From assembly GCA_964536865.1 (NCBI GenBank), contig CAZHYN010000001.1, positions 97,824 through 161,823 on the forward strand: a stretch of 64,000 bases of DNA, given 5' to 3'. Below, in pieces: positions 20,286 through 28,382 of this stretch (its first letter is position 1; each line of letters opens with the position of its first letter). This DNA comes from an uncultured Planctomycetia bacterium (GTDB lineage Bacteria > Omnitrophota > Gorgyraeia > Duberdicusellales > 4484-171). The notes beneath the pieces are model-generated. The model ran no database searches and was not told the DNA's origin. It saw nothing but the letters and a program-made list of their open reading frames with translations. Made by a program: the position numbers and the translations under genes.

Positions 20286-21425
20286 ATGAGATTTTGTCAA
20301 CATTTTTCTATTTGTGGAGGTTGTCAGTATCAAGATACCCCTTACTCTGAACAGTTAAAGATGAAAGAATCTCAGATAAAGGATATGATAGACTTTTTTG
20401 AGTTCTCAGTAGAGTTAAAACCTATAAATTCTTATCAGGAATGGTTTTATCGTAATAAGATGGAGTTTACCTTTGGCAAAGAAGGCAGTAATTTGATTTG
20501 TGGACTTCATAGAAAGAAGGAAAAAAGAAAACTATTTAATCTTAAGGAATGTTTGATATTTTCTCCCTGTGCAGAACCCATTCTCAATAAAGTAAGAGAG
20601 GTTTTAAAGGATAGATATCTTCCTTATGAAAAATTTTCTCATCGAGGTTTTTTGCGGCATCTTATTATAAGGGAAACTAAATTTACTGACGAAATTATGA
20701 TAGCTTTAGTTACTACTACTCAGGATAAGTTAGACCAGGAGGAGTTTGTTGATGAGTTAGCGACCCTAAAGTTAGAGAAAAAGATATCCTCTCTTTTCTG
20801 GGTTTTAAATGACCGTGTATCCGATGCAGTAATCTTTGAAGAAAAAAGGTTACTTTGGGGTCAGCCTTTTATCACTGAGAAGATAGCCAATTTGAACTTT
20901 CGTGTATTTGTAGACTCTTTCTTTCAGACCAACCCCTACGGGATAACCCATCTTTATAAGAAGATAGAGGAGTATGCTCATCTAACTGGGGAAGAGAGAA
21001 TCCTTGATTTGTACTGCGGAGTAGGTTCCATCGGTCTCTTTTTGGCCAGAAAGGCTAAGTTTGTCTGGGGAGTAGAGATTAAGAAGGAAGTTGTAGAAAA
21101 TGCAATAGTTAACGCTCAGCTAAATAGAATAGAGAATATATCCTTTATTTGTTCTGACGTGAGAAAATTTTTAGTCCAAAAAGATATTTCCAATATAGAT
21201 ATTGTGGTAATAAATCCTCCCCGCTGTGGATTGTCTAAGAAGATAAAGAAATATCTCTTAAAAACGCCCTCTCCCAGGATATTTTACTCCTCTTGCAACC
21301 CTTATACTTTTTTTACTGACCTTAAAGATTTTTCCTCCCTCTACAGAATAGTCTTTATTGAACCTTTCGATTTTTTTCCTCATACTCCTCATTTAGAATG
21401 CTTAGCTTTTTTGGAGAGGAAGTAG
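20286..21425 (+). CDS. SAM-dependent RNA (uracil-5)-methyltransferase, RlmD/TrmA family
   Basis: N-terminal Cys cluster (CQHFSICGGCQYQ). SAM motif DLYCGVGSIG. Catalytic region FYSSCNP. Confidence 0.7.
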   Translation: MRFCQHFSICGGCQYQDTPYSEQLKMKESQIKDMIDFFEFSVELKPINSYQEWFYRNKMEFTFGKEGSNLICGLHRKKEKRKLFNLKECLIFSPCAEPILNKVREVLKDRYLPYEKFSHRGFLRHLIIRETKFTDEIMIALVTTTQDKLDQEEFVDELATLKLEKKISSLFWVLNDRVSDAVIFEEKRLLWGQPFITEKIANLNFRVFVDSFFQTNPYGITHLYKKIEEYAHLTGEERILDLYCGVGSIGLFLARKAKFVWGVEIKKEVVENAIVNAQLNRIENISFICSDVRKFLVQKDISNIDIVVINPPRCGLSKKIKKYLLKTPSPRIFYSSCNPYTFFTDLKDFSSLYRIVFIEPFDFFPHTPHLECLAFLERK

Positions 21426-21447
21426 GAGTTTTTTCCTTGACAAACTT

Positions 21448-22089
21448 TTGGGTTTAGTTTATTTTAAGGAAAAGGAGGAGGTAGGGATGAGAGATGAAAT
21501 GGATGTTTTAAAAGAAGTTGCTACTGTTGCTGCTGCTCATGGGAGTAATGCTCTTTCCGAAATTTTAAAGAGGACAATAAAGTTAAGCCTTCCCTTAGTT
21601 ACTACCATTACCCCTGATAACTTAGAGAAAGAGATTGATTCTAATGAAGTGGTATTAAGTATACAGAGCAGAATTCTCAGTGGAATAGAGGGGAAAATTT
21701 TACTGGTCTTGGAAGAAAGGAGTGCCTTCCGGCTCATCAACATATGCTACAAGGGAGAGGATAAGGCTAGTTCAGGATTTCTTACAGAAGTGGGTTTATC
21801 AGCGATAAAGGAAATAGGCAACGTAGTTATTGGTTCTTATGTAGGAGCTTTGAGTATGTTCTTAAAATTACTAATCGTTCCCTCAATCCCTACCCTCATA
21901 AGTGGCCCGCTTTATGAAATCGTTAGTGCCGCTTTATCTTTGGAGAAAGAGCGCATTCTTATGATTGAAGCAGTTTTTGAAGAGTCAGAGGAGAAGATAA
22001 AAGGGAGAATGTATTTTATTCTTACGCAACGAGGTAGAGAGATAATTAAACAAGCCTGTGATAAGATTCTCGAATCTTTAGAAAAATAG
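21448..22089 (+). CDS. CheC-like phosphatase domain protein
   Basis: Two CheC-type repeats (EVATVAAAHGSNALSEIL...P and IKEIGNVVIGSYVGALS...P). Confidence 0.5.
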   Translation: MGLVYFKEKEEVGMRDEMDVLKEVATVAAAHGSNALSEILKRTIKLSLPLVTTITPDNLEKEIDSNEVVLSIQSRILSGIEGKILLVLEERSAFRLINICYKGEDKASSGFLTEVGLSAIKEIGNVVIGSYVGALSMFLKLLIVPSIPTLISGPLYEIVSAALSLEKERILMIEAVFEESEEKIKGRMYFILTQRGREIIKQACDKILESLEK

Positions 22090-22120
22090 ATACTTTCAAA
22101 GTTTTTCATCCCAAAGAGAA

Positions 22121-22744
22121 ATGAAAGACGAATTAGATATTCTAAAAGAAGTAGGAACTATTGCCGCTGGACATAGTAGTGTAGCTCTTTCAGAGATTCT
22201 CGATAAGAAGATAATTCTTGATGTTCCTTCCGCAGAAATTATCTCTGCCCAGAGAGTTCCTCAAAGTATGACCCTAGAAAAGTTAGGGATAGCTGTTTTC
22301 TTTCAGCTTCTAGTAGGGCTCCAAGGGAAAGTAATATTTATCCTTGATGAGAAGAATGCTTTTAGGTTGATTGACTTATCTTATAAGATAAGAGACTTAA
22401 AGAGAGAACCAGGAATTATTACTGAAGTCAGCCTCTCCCTAATAAAGGAGATAGGCAATATTGTGGTTTGTGCTTATTTAAATGCTTTAAGTTTAACTCT
22501 GAAAAGAATAATTGTTCCCCCCCTCCCCACTCTTCTTAGTGGTTCTTTAGAAGATATCTTACAGATTGTCTTTTCAGGATATGAGGAGGATTATGCTTAC
22601 ATTATAGAAACGTCTTTTAAAGAACCTCAAGAGAGTATTCAAGGCTTCTTTTATCTTATTTTAACCCCCGAAGCAGCGAAAGATATTAGAGAAAGTTGTA
22701 AGAAACTCTTGGAAGAAATAAGAAGAGGGCAACCATCCTTTTAA
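22121..22744 (+). CDS. CheC-like phosphatase domain protein, tandem paralog
   Basis: Same two-repeat architecture (EVGTIAAGHSSVALSEIL, IKEIGNIVVCAYLNALS). Confidence 0.5.
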   Translation: MKDELDILKEVGTIAAGHSSVALSEILDKKIILDVPSAEIISAQRVPQSMTLEKLGIAVFFQLLVGLQGKVIFILDEKNAFRLIDLSYKIRDLKREPGIITEVSLSLIKEIGNIVVCAYLNALSLTLKRIIVPPLPTLLSGSLEDILQIVFSGYEEDYAYIIETSFKEPQESIQGFFYLILTPEAAKDIRESCKKLLEEIRRGQPSF

Positions 22745-22836
22745 AATTCTCCTTTTTAGAAAATTGGTTTTAGGGTTTATATTTTTTCTTGAGAATAACT
22801 TTAGGGAGTGATAAAATTCTCTCAAGTTTTATTAGT

Positions 22837-22911
22837 TGCCCGGTGGTGCAACCGGTAACACGCTTGGCTCTGGACCAAGTATTCCTGGTTCGAATCCAGG
22901 CCGGGCAGCCA
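22837..22911 (+). tRNA. tRNA-Gln (anticodon CUG)
   Basis: Cloverleaf read by eye. Acceptor TGCCCGG/CCGGGCA, 3-bp D stem, anticodon stem CTTGG/CCAAG with loop CTCTGGA (anticodon CTG), T arm CCTGG-TTCGAAT-CCAGG, discriminator G, encoded CCA. Architecture resembles bacterial tRNA-Gln. Confidence 0.8.
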
Positions 22912-22984
22912 CTAAAAATATCCCTCTTCTGAGGGATATTTTTATTGAGTTGTCTGTGACTGATTTGAACTGTTTATTTGCGCG

Positions 22985-23194
22985 ATGTGGTATTTGTATA
23001 TATGTAAAAAAGGTGACAAGCTATACACTGGGATAACAACCAATCTCAATAATCGACTACGTCAACATCAGCAGGCTGAGTTGTTATATAGAGAGACTTT
23101 TCCAAATAAAAAAGAAGCGGCCTTACGTGAGCGCCAGATAAAAGGATGGCGCAGAGAAAAGAAGATTTCTTTAGTCTATCGCGGAAATAAATAG
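22985..23194 (+). CDS. small GIY-YIG nuclease domain protein
   Basis: 69 aa with GIY-YIG signature (WYLYICKKGDKLYTGITTNLNNRLRQH...E). Confidence 0.7.
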   Translation: MWYLYICKKGDKLYTGITTNLNNRLRQHQQAELLYRETFPNKKEAALRERQIKGWRREKKISLVYRGNK

Positions 23195-23221
23195 TGAGTT
23201 TACCCTGAGCGAAGTCGAAGG

Positions 23222-23241
23222 GAATCCAGGCCGGGCAGCCA
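23222..23241 (+). repeat. 20-bp direct repeat of the tRNA-Gln 3' end (att-like)
   Basis: GAATCCAGGCCGGGCAGCCA is identical to tRNA positions 22892..22911. Confidence 0.75.
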
Positions 23242-23355
23242 ATTTTGCAGGGCAAAATTGGCAGAGCAATTGAGCAATAGAGAATAGAACAATAGAGTTG
23301 ATGCTCAATTGCGGTCTATTGGTCAATTGTTCTATTGTTCAAATAAGGTTTCTTT

Positions 23356-23616
23356 ATGGCATTTCTTTTCAATAAGCTTGAGGTGTACCAGAAAGCAGTT
23401 AATTTAACCGATAGAATAACCTTTTTAACCGAGAAATTCCCCAGAGGAACATATTACCTGTCTGAGCAATTAAACCGGGCGGCTTTGTCGATTTCGTTGA
23501 ATATTGTCGAAGGCAACGGAAGGTTTCACCGTAAAGACCAGCAGAATTTTTTTAGAATAGCCCGCGGTTCTGCCTTTGAATGCTTCCCTATAGTAGAGCG
23601 AAAAAAGGGTGTGTAG
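23356..23616 (+). CDS. four-helix-bundle protein (23S rRNA intervening-sequence protein family), probably C-terminally short
   Basis: N-terminal LEVYQKAVNLTD...FP...QL.RAALSI..NIVEG motif typical of the family. Confidence 0.65.
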   Translation: MAFLFNKLEVYQKAVNLTDRITFLTEKFPRGTYYLSEQLNRAALSISLNIVEGNGRFHRKDQQNFFRIARGSAFECFPIVERKKGV

Positions 23617-23710
23617 TTAAAGATGTAAGCTGGTTTATTTTTTGGGAAAGAGAATTGGAAAGTAATAACTTCAATTTTCATACACTTCTGAAATATTTCA
23701 TTACATATAC

Positions 23711-23739
23711 TTGACAGGTTATCTTACCTATGTTATATT
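23711..23739 (+). promoter_or_regulatory. sigma70-like promoter (TTGACA-17-TATATT) for the HTH-Panacea gene
   Basis: Consensus -35 TTGACA at 23711..23716, 17-nt spacer, -10 TATATT at 23734..23739. RBS AAGGAGGTG and ATG at 23759. Confidence 0.45.
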
Positions 23740-23758
23740 CTAAGAAGGAGGTGAGAAT

Positions 23759-24580
23759 ATGCGTGAAAGAATGAAAGAATTTTATAGAAAAATCGGGGAT
23801 AGAATAAGACAATTGCGGGAAAAAATAGGGATTTCTCAGGAAGAACTAGCTAAATCTTTAGGCATAAATAGAGTTTCTTTATCTCAAATAGAAAATGGAG
23901 AAAGAAAAATAACAGCTGAAGAGGTTGCAAAGATTTCCAATATATTTAATATCAATGCCGATATACTATTAGATTTGGAAGAAGATATGAAGGTAGTGGT
24001 GGAAAAAAGAAAAACAAAAACTTCTTCTAAAAATATTAAATCAAACATTAGAATAAATATTCCTCAGAAGAATCTTGAGAAATTTAAAGAAGTTTTGCTT
24101 TATATTTTAAATAAAGTGGGGTCAAAGCCTAATATTGGAGAAACAGTATTGTATAAGCTTCTTTATTTTATAGATTTTGATTTCTACGAGAAATATGAAG
24201 AGCAATTGATAGGAGCCACATATATAAAGAATCATTTTGGTCCTACCCCCATAGAGTTTAGAGAAGTTATTAAAGAGATGAAGGGTAAAGATTTGATAGA
24301 AGTAAAAAGCGAATACTTTAAGTATCCCCAAAGAAAATACCTTCCTTTAAGAGAGCCGGATTTGAGTAAATTAAAAGCACATGAAATAAAACTTATAGAT
24401 GAGGTTTTAGAAAGATTATCTGATATGAATGCACAGCAAATAAGTGAGTATTCTCATAATGATATTCCTTGGTTGACTACAGAAAGAGGAGAACGTATAG
24501 ACTATGAATCAGTTTTTTATCGTACTTTACCCTATTCAGTGAGGAGCTATAGTGAAGATACCGACGAAGAGAATATTTAA
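23759..24580 (+). CDS. HTH_XRE + Panacea (DUF4065) domain protein, candidate PanA-type antitoxin
   Basis: N-terminal XRE HTH (LSQEELAKSLGINRVSLSQIENGERK). C-terminal region with Panacea-like pattern (LYKLLYFIDFDFYEKYEEQLIGATYIKNHFGP). Confidence 0.6.
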   Translation: MRERMKEFYRKIGDRIRQLREKIGISQEELAKSLGINRVSLSQIENGERKITAEEVAKISNIFNINADILLDLEEDMKVVVEKRKTKTSSKNIKSNIRINIPQKNLEKFKEVLLYILNKVGSKPNIGETVLYKLLYFIDFDFYEKYEEQLIGATYIKNHFGPTPIEFREVIKEMKGKDLIEVKSEYFKYPQRKYLPLREPDLSKLKAHEIKLIDEVLERLSDMNAQQISEYSHNDIPWLTTERGERIDYESVFYRTLPYSVRSYSEDTDEENI

Positions 24581-24989
24581 TGAAATCGTTGAGCTTCCCG
24601 AATTTAAAAAAGATTTTAAAAAACTTGCCAAAAAATTTAAAACCCTTCCAGATGATTTTGAGATATTTAAAAATACTCAACTAAAAGCATTTCATAAGTT
24701 AAAACAGGACAATAGAGGAAATTTACCAATATCTAACTTAGGAATAGATTATCCTTTAATCTATAAAGTTGTAAAATTTGCTTGCCGTGTTCTAAAGGGG
24801 AGAGGTGTTAAAAGTGGAATTCGTATTATTTATGCATATTATCCCGATGAGGACAAAATAGAATTTATTGAGATTTATTATAAGGGAGAGAAAGAAAATG
24901 AAGATAGAGAAAGAATATTAAGATATTATTCCAAGAAAGCAGGTAGCAAAGAAGGTAAAGAAGGAAAATACAGTAAAGGTCGCTCGTAG
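24552..24989 (+). CDS. RelE/ParE-fold toxin-like protein, candidate toxin partner
   Basis: Overlaps the upstream gene by 29 nt. Core GIRIIYAYYPDEDKIEFIEIYYKG resembles the RelE/ParE beta-strand signature (RIIY...i.I..i..R). Confidence 0.4.
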   Translation: MKIPTKRIFNEIVELPEFKKDFKKLAKKFKTLPDDFEIFKNTQLKAFHKLKQDNRGNLPISNLGIDYPLIYKVVKFACRVLKGRGVKSGIRIIYAYYPDEDKIEFIEIYYKGEKENEDRERILRYYSKKAGSKEGKEGKYSKGRS

Positions 24990-25167
24990 TGCAATTACAT
25001 AAGGTTTGTGATTAAAAGATACACTCTAAACACCCTAAAACTACAGTAGTGGAGACTATTAGAAGAAAAAAGAAATAATAAGCACAGCCAAAACCTCCCC
25101 CACCTACCAATGTTTTTTAAAAATCCTAACTCAGATGAACTCAGATGACCAAATCCATCCACCATAA

Positions 25168-25284
25168 GTGGATCTGCCTCTGGCAGAAAAATCAGGAATA
25201 TTTTACACTAGTGAATCTTTTTATTGTAACGTATGTGGGTATAGGGAAGTGTGTAAGGGATGGCGAGAAACAAGCTATTTGTGA
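25168..25284 (+). pseudogene. C-terminal remnant of a Cas4/PDDEXK-like nuclease (CX2CX5C)
   Basis: Start-less frame encodes ...GIFYTSESFYCNVCGYREVCKGW*. About 50 bp near-identical to 33505..33553. Confidence 0.35.
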
Positions 25285-25386
25285 CTAAAAATTTTCTTGA
25301 ACAGGGCGTTTCTAAGGTATAGAATAGAAACAAAATCAAGGAATAGTCCTGCGTTCGAAGGGGGAACCTGGACTTTAAAATAAGTA

Positions 25387-25424
25387 AAACCTTCGCAAGA
25401 TAGGCGAAGGTTTTTATATTTTAT
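25387..25424 (+). terminator. rho-independent terminator-like hairpin
   Basis: AAACCTTCGC-aagatag-GCGAAGGTTT followed by a T-run (TTTTTATATTTT). Confidence 0.5.
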
Positions 25425-25450
25425 AACCGTTCAAAACAAGGAGGTAACAG

Positions 25451-26203
25451 ATGAGGGGGCTGGGTGAGCTTAAAAATATCCAGATTATCATATTGGGGCT
25501 GTGTATTGCTTTTGCAACAATAGTATCTACAGTAATACTTTCAAAAGGGCTTCTTAAGATTAAGAAGTTTACAGGTGAGGTAATAAAGGTAACCGGTTCT
25601 GCTGAGAAGAAAATAATTTCTGATTATATTGTCTGGAATGCAGAATTTTCCCGAAGGGCACCTGATTTAAAAACAGCCTACGTAAAACTTCAAGAAGACC
25701 TTAAAAAAGTTAAAGAATATCTGGCTTCAAAAGGAGTAAAAGAAAATGAGCTGGAAATCCTTCCGGTTAATACCAAGATACTTTACAAAAAGAACGAAAA
25801 AGGCTATGACACCAATGAGATTGAAGGATATCTTTTATCCCAGGGCATAGAGATAAAATCCTATGATGTCAAAAAAATTGATGAGGTATCGCGTTCCTCA
25901 ACCGAACTTATCAACCAGGATATCCAGTTTATCTCAAAAGCACCTAAGTATTTTTATACAAAGCTTGCCGAACTCAAAGTAGAGATGCTTGCTAAAGCAA
26001 CTGAAAACGCAAAACAGCGCGCCATAAGTATGGCAAAATCAACGGGGAATAAGATTGGCGTTATACGCTCTGCCAGGATGGGAGTATTTCAGATAACTCC
26101 ACCTACCTCAACCGATGTTTCCTGGTATGGAGAGAATGACACATCCTCATTAGAGAAAAAAGTTATGGCAGTAGTCGCCGCCACCTTTTCCATAGAAGAA
26201 TAG
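25451..26203 (+). CDS. SIMPL/DUF541 family periplasmic protein
   Basis: 250 aa with N-terminal signal/anchor and SIMPL-like length and composition; call from overall pattern only. Confidence 0.5.
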   Translation: MRGLGELKNIQIIILGLCIAFATIVSTVILSKGLLKIKKFTGEVIKVTGSAEKKIISDYIVWNAEFSRRAPDLKTAYVKLQEDLKKVKEYLASKGVKENELEILPVNTKILYKKNEKGYDTNEIEGYLLSQGIEIKSYDVKKIDEVSRSSTELINQDIQFISKAPKYFYTKLAELKVEMLAKATENAKQRAISMAKSTGNKIGVIRSARMGVFQITPPTSTDVSWYGENDTSSLEKKVMAVVAATFSIEE

Positions 26204-26304
26204 AATATTAATTTGTTTCTGGTATATTCTTAAAATCCTGGCTTCAGGGTATTTTAATTGAGGATAGAGGGGAACAATGTTATAATATGTAACAACGCGG
26301 CATA

Positions 26305-26484
26305 ATGATGAAAAAAATAGCATTTGTAAATCCCCACACTGTCCAGGAAATAGCCCAAGCCCTCAAATTACATCCTTACACCATTCGCAGACTTTGCCGG
26401 GAAGGTAAAATCCCAGCTTTTTCCGCCATACTTTATGACGGATCCGCCTCTGGCGAAAAGTTTGGCGGGAGAATGGAGATTTAG
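26305..26484 (+). CDS. excisionase-family (Xis/HTH_17-like) DNA-binding protein, 59 aa
   Basis: Below the ORF-track size cutoff. EIAQALKLHPYTIRRLCREGKIPAF is near-identical to ORF 32358..32585. Confidence 0.55.
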   Translation: MMKKIAFVNPHTVQEIAQALKLHPYTIRRLCREGKIPAFSAILYDGSASGEKFGGRMEI

Positions 26485-26588
26485 AGAAAAGTGTTAAGAG
26501 AACAATTTACAAAGTGTTAAATATATGGTAATATCTATTGTTGTAATGCCATTGTAAATAAAGGATATTTTAAGATAAGTGTTAAATC

Positions 26589-27761
26589 TTGAAAATTATG
26601 GGTGTAAATTTTAAACATATCGATTTAAGATTGGTTGACCCACCTTTTGGCTCAGAATTAAATACTCTGGTGTTAGAACTTGATTATTTACGCAAGAAGC
26701 CTCTGGGCGGCACTACTCACCCACTTATATTTTTTCAATTGAAAAGAATTTTTCATCTTTTAGAGAGTATAGAGTCGGCAAGAATTGAAGGGAATCGTAC
26801 TACCTTAGCTGAGTATATCGAAAGGAAAATCGAGGGAAGCAAAATAGAAGATGAGAGATTTCTGGAAATTGAGAACAACGAAAGAGCGCTTGATTTTATT
26901 GAGGAAAATGTCAATCATCAGAAAATAGACCGTCTTTTTTTAAGCCAGATTCATAAAATAATAGTCAATAACTTAACTCCACCACCTAAAGGCGAAGGAA
27001 GTAAATACCCCAGTAGTTATAGAAAAGTAGATGTTAAAATAACACAATCTTCGTTTATCCCGCCCAATGTTTCTCAAGTCCCTTCTTATATGGAGGAGCT
27101 TTTTTCATTTATTAATAAAGATTATCCTCCACAGTATGATTTATTGAAAGTTGCTCTTGCTCACTGGAGGTTTGCCTGGATTCACCCCTTTGATAATGGC
27201 AATGGAAGGGTAGTGCGTTTATTGACTTATGCAATGTTAATAAAGTACGGTTTCAGGGTGCATATCGGAGGCAGGATTATTAATCCCACTGCTGTGTTCT
27301 GTTCTGACCGGAAAAAATATTATCATTACCTCTCAATGGCTGACCAAGGAGATGATACTGGATTGCTTAGGTGGTGTGAGTATGTTCTTGCCGGCCTTAA
27401 AGAGGAGATAACAAAAATTGATAAGTTGCTTGACTATAAATTTTTATTGGAAAAAATTTTAATACCCGCCTTAGAATTTGCCTTAGACAGAAAGTATATT
27501 ACAGAAGTAGAGCATAAAATATTAAAGATAGCAGCGAGTAAGCAAGTTATCCAGGCAAAAGATATTAAAATGCTTTTCCCTCGCAAGATACCTGCTGCCA
27601 TATCCAGGATTATCAGAAGGCTAAAGGCGAAAAAGATGCTCCAGGAAGAAAAAAGAGGCAGTAGAAAATATGTAATTATGTTTGAAAACAATTATTTATT
27701 GAGGGCAATTATAGAGATGCTGGGCAGGGAAGGTTTTCTGCCTGTTGGAATAAATCAATAG
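26589..27761 (+). CDS. Fic family protein (AMPylase/phosphocholinase family) with C-terminal wHTH
   Basis: Canonical Fic motif HPFDNGNGRVVR. C-terminal winged-helix-like region. Confidence 0.8.
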   Translation: MKIMGVNFKHIDLRLVDPPFGSELNTLVLELDYLRKKPLGGTTHPLIFFQLKRIFHLLESIESARIEGNRTTLAEYIERKIEGSKIEDERFLEIENNERALDFIEENVNHQKIDRLFLSQIHKIIVNNLTPPPKGEGSKYPSSYRKVDVKITQSSFIPPNVSQVPSYMEELFSFINKDYPPQYDLLKVALAHWRFAWIHPFDNGNGRVVRLLTYAMLIKYGFRVHIGGRIINPTAVFCSDRKKYYHYLSMADQGDDTGLLRWCEYVLAGLKEEITKIDKLLDYKFLLEKILIPALEFALDRKYITEVEHKILKIAASKQVIQAKDIKMLFPRKIPAAISRIIRRLKAKKMLQEEKRGSRKYVIMFENNYLLRAIIEMLGREGFLPVGINQ

Positions 27762-27841
27762 CTTTTACAATAAAGAATATTTATATTTTATAAATTGCAC
27801 TGAATTTAGCGATTCCGGTTTGATGTTAAGGAGATAGAAGA

Positions 27842-28279
27842 GTGGAAAAGAAATCAGAGAAAAAAGTGAAAAATGAAATTGATCAAGTTTATTTAAAAAG
27901 AGATAGGTTCTTTTTACTTAAAAACCCTACCGTTAAAAAACTGCATAAGATTCTTAAGTGGGCTAATTCTTGTGCTTTATTTTCTCAAGTTACTTTTCTT
28001 GACTGCGCTCAAAGTTTCAGGAGATTGCATTCTGATAAAAAAATAGAAGATTTACTCCCTTTTATTAATCAGAAGAATAAAACCTGTTTTAGGGTAATTT
28101 TGCGAAGAGATTTCAACTGGTATGGCTGGTTTTCTGATGATACTCATATTGAAGATATTATTGAAGTTGCTATGTGGGGAATTGAAATTGATTCAAAAGA
28201 GTATTTTATACAATGTTTCTTAAAGAAAGAATATATGCCTGAATTAAAAAAGAAATTTGATTTGGTAGAAATTAAATGA
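27842..28279 (+). CDS. hypothetical protein
   Basis: 145 aa, GTG start. 5' leader and first codons (GTGGAAAAGAAATCA) shared with RadC copy 2. Confidence 0.3.
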   Translation: MEKKSEKKVKNEIDQVYLKRDRFFLLKNPTVKKLHKILKWANSCALFSQVTFLDCAQSFRRLHSDKKIEDLLPFINQKNKTCFRVILRRDFNWYGWFSDDTHIEDIIEVAMWGIEIDSKEYFIQCFLKKEYMPELKKKFDLVEIK

Positions 28280-28382
28280 TGTTAACAAAACTAATAAATT
28301 TTAAAAAGGAAAAGTGCTTTGGGAAATTGTTTTTACAACTGATTGATAATAAAATACTTGCTGAAATAAAAAGGAGGAAATA

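Noticed and set aside
22836-23036. ORF overlapping the tRNA-Gln
   Set aside because: Its translation (MPGGATGNTLGSGPS...) is low-complexity, arises from the tRNA sequence itself, and conflicts with the GIY-YIG ORF downstream.
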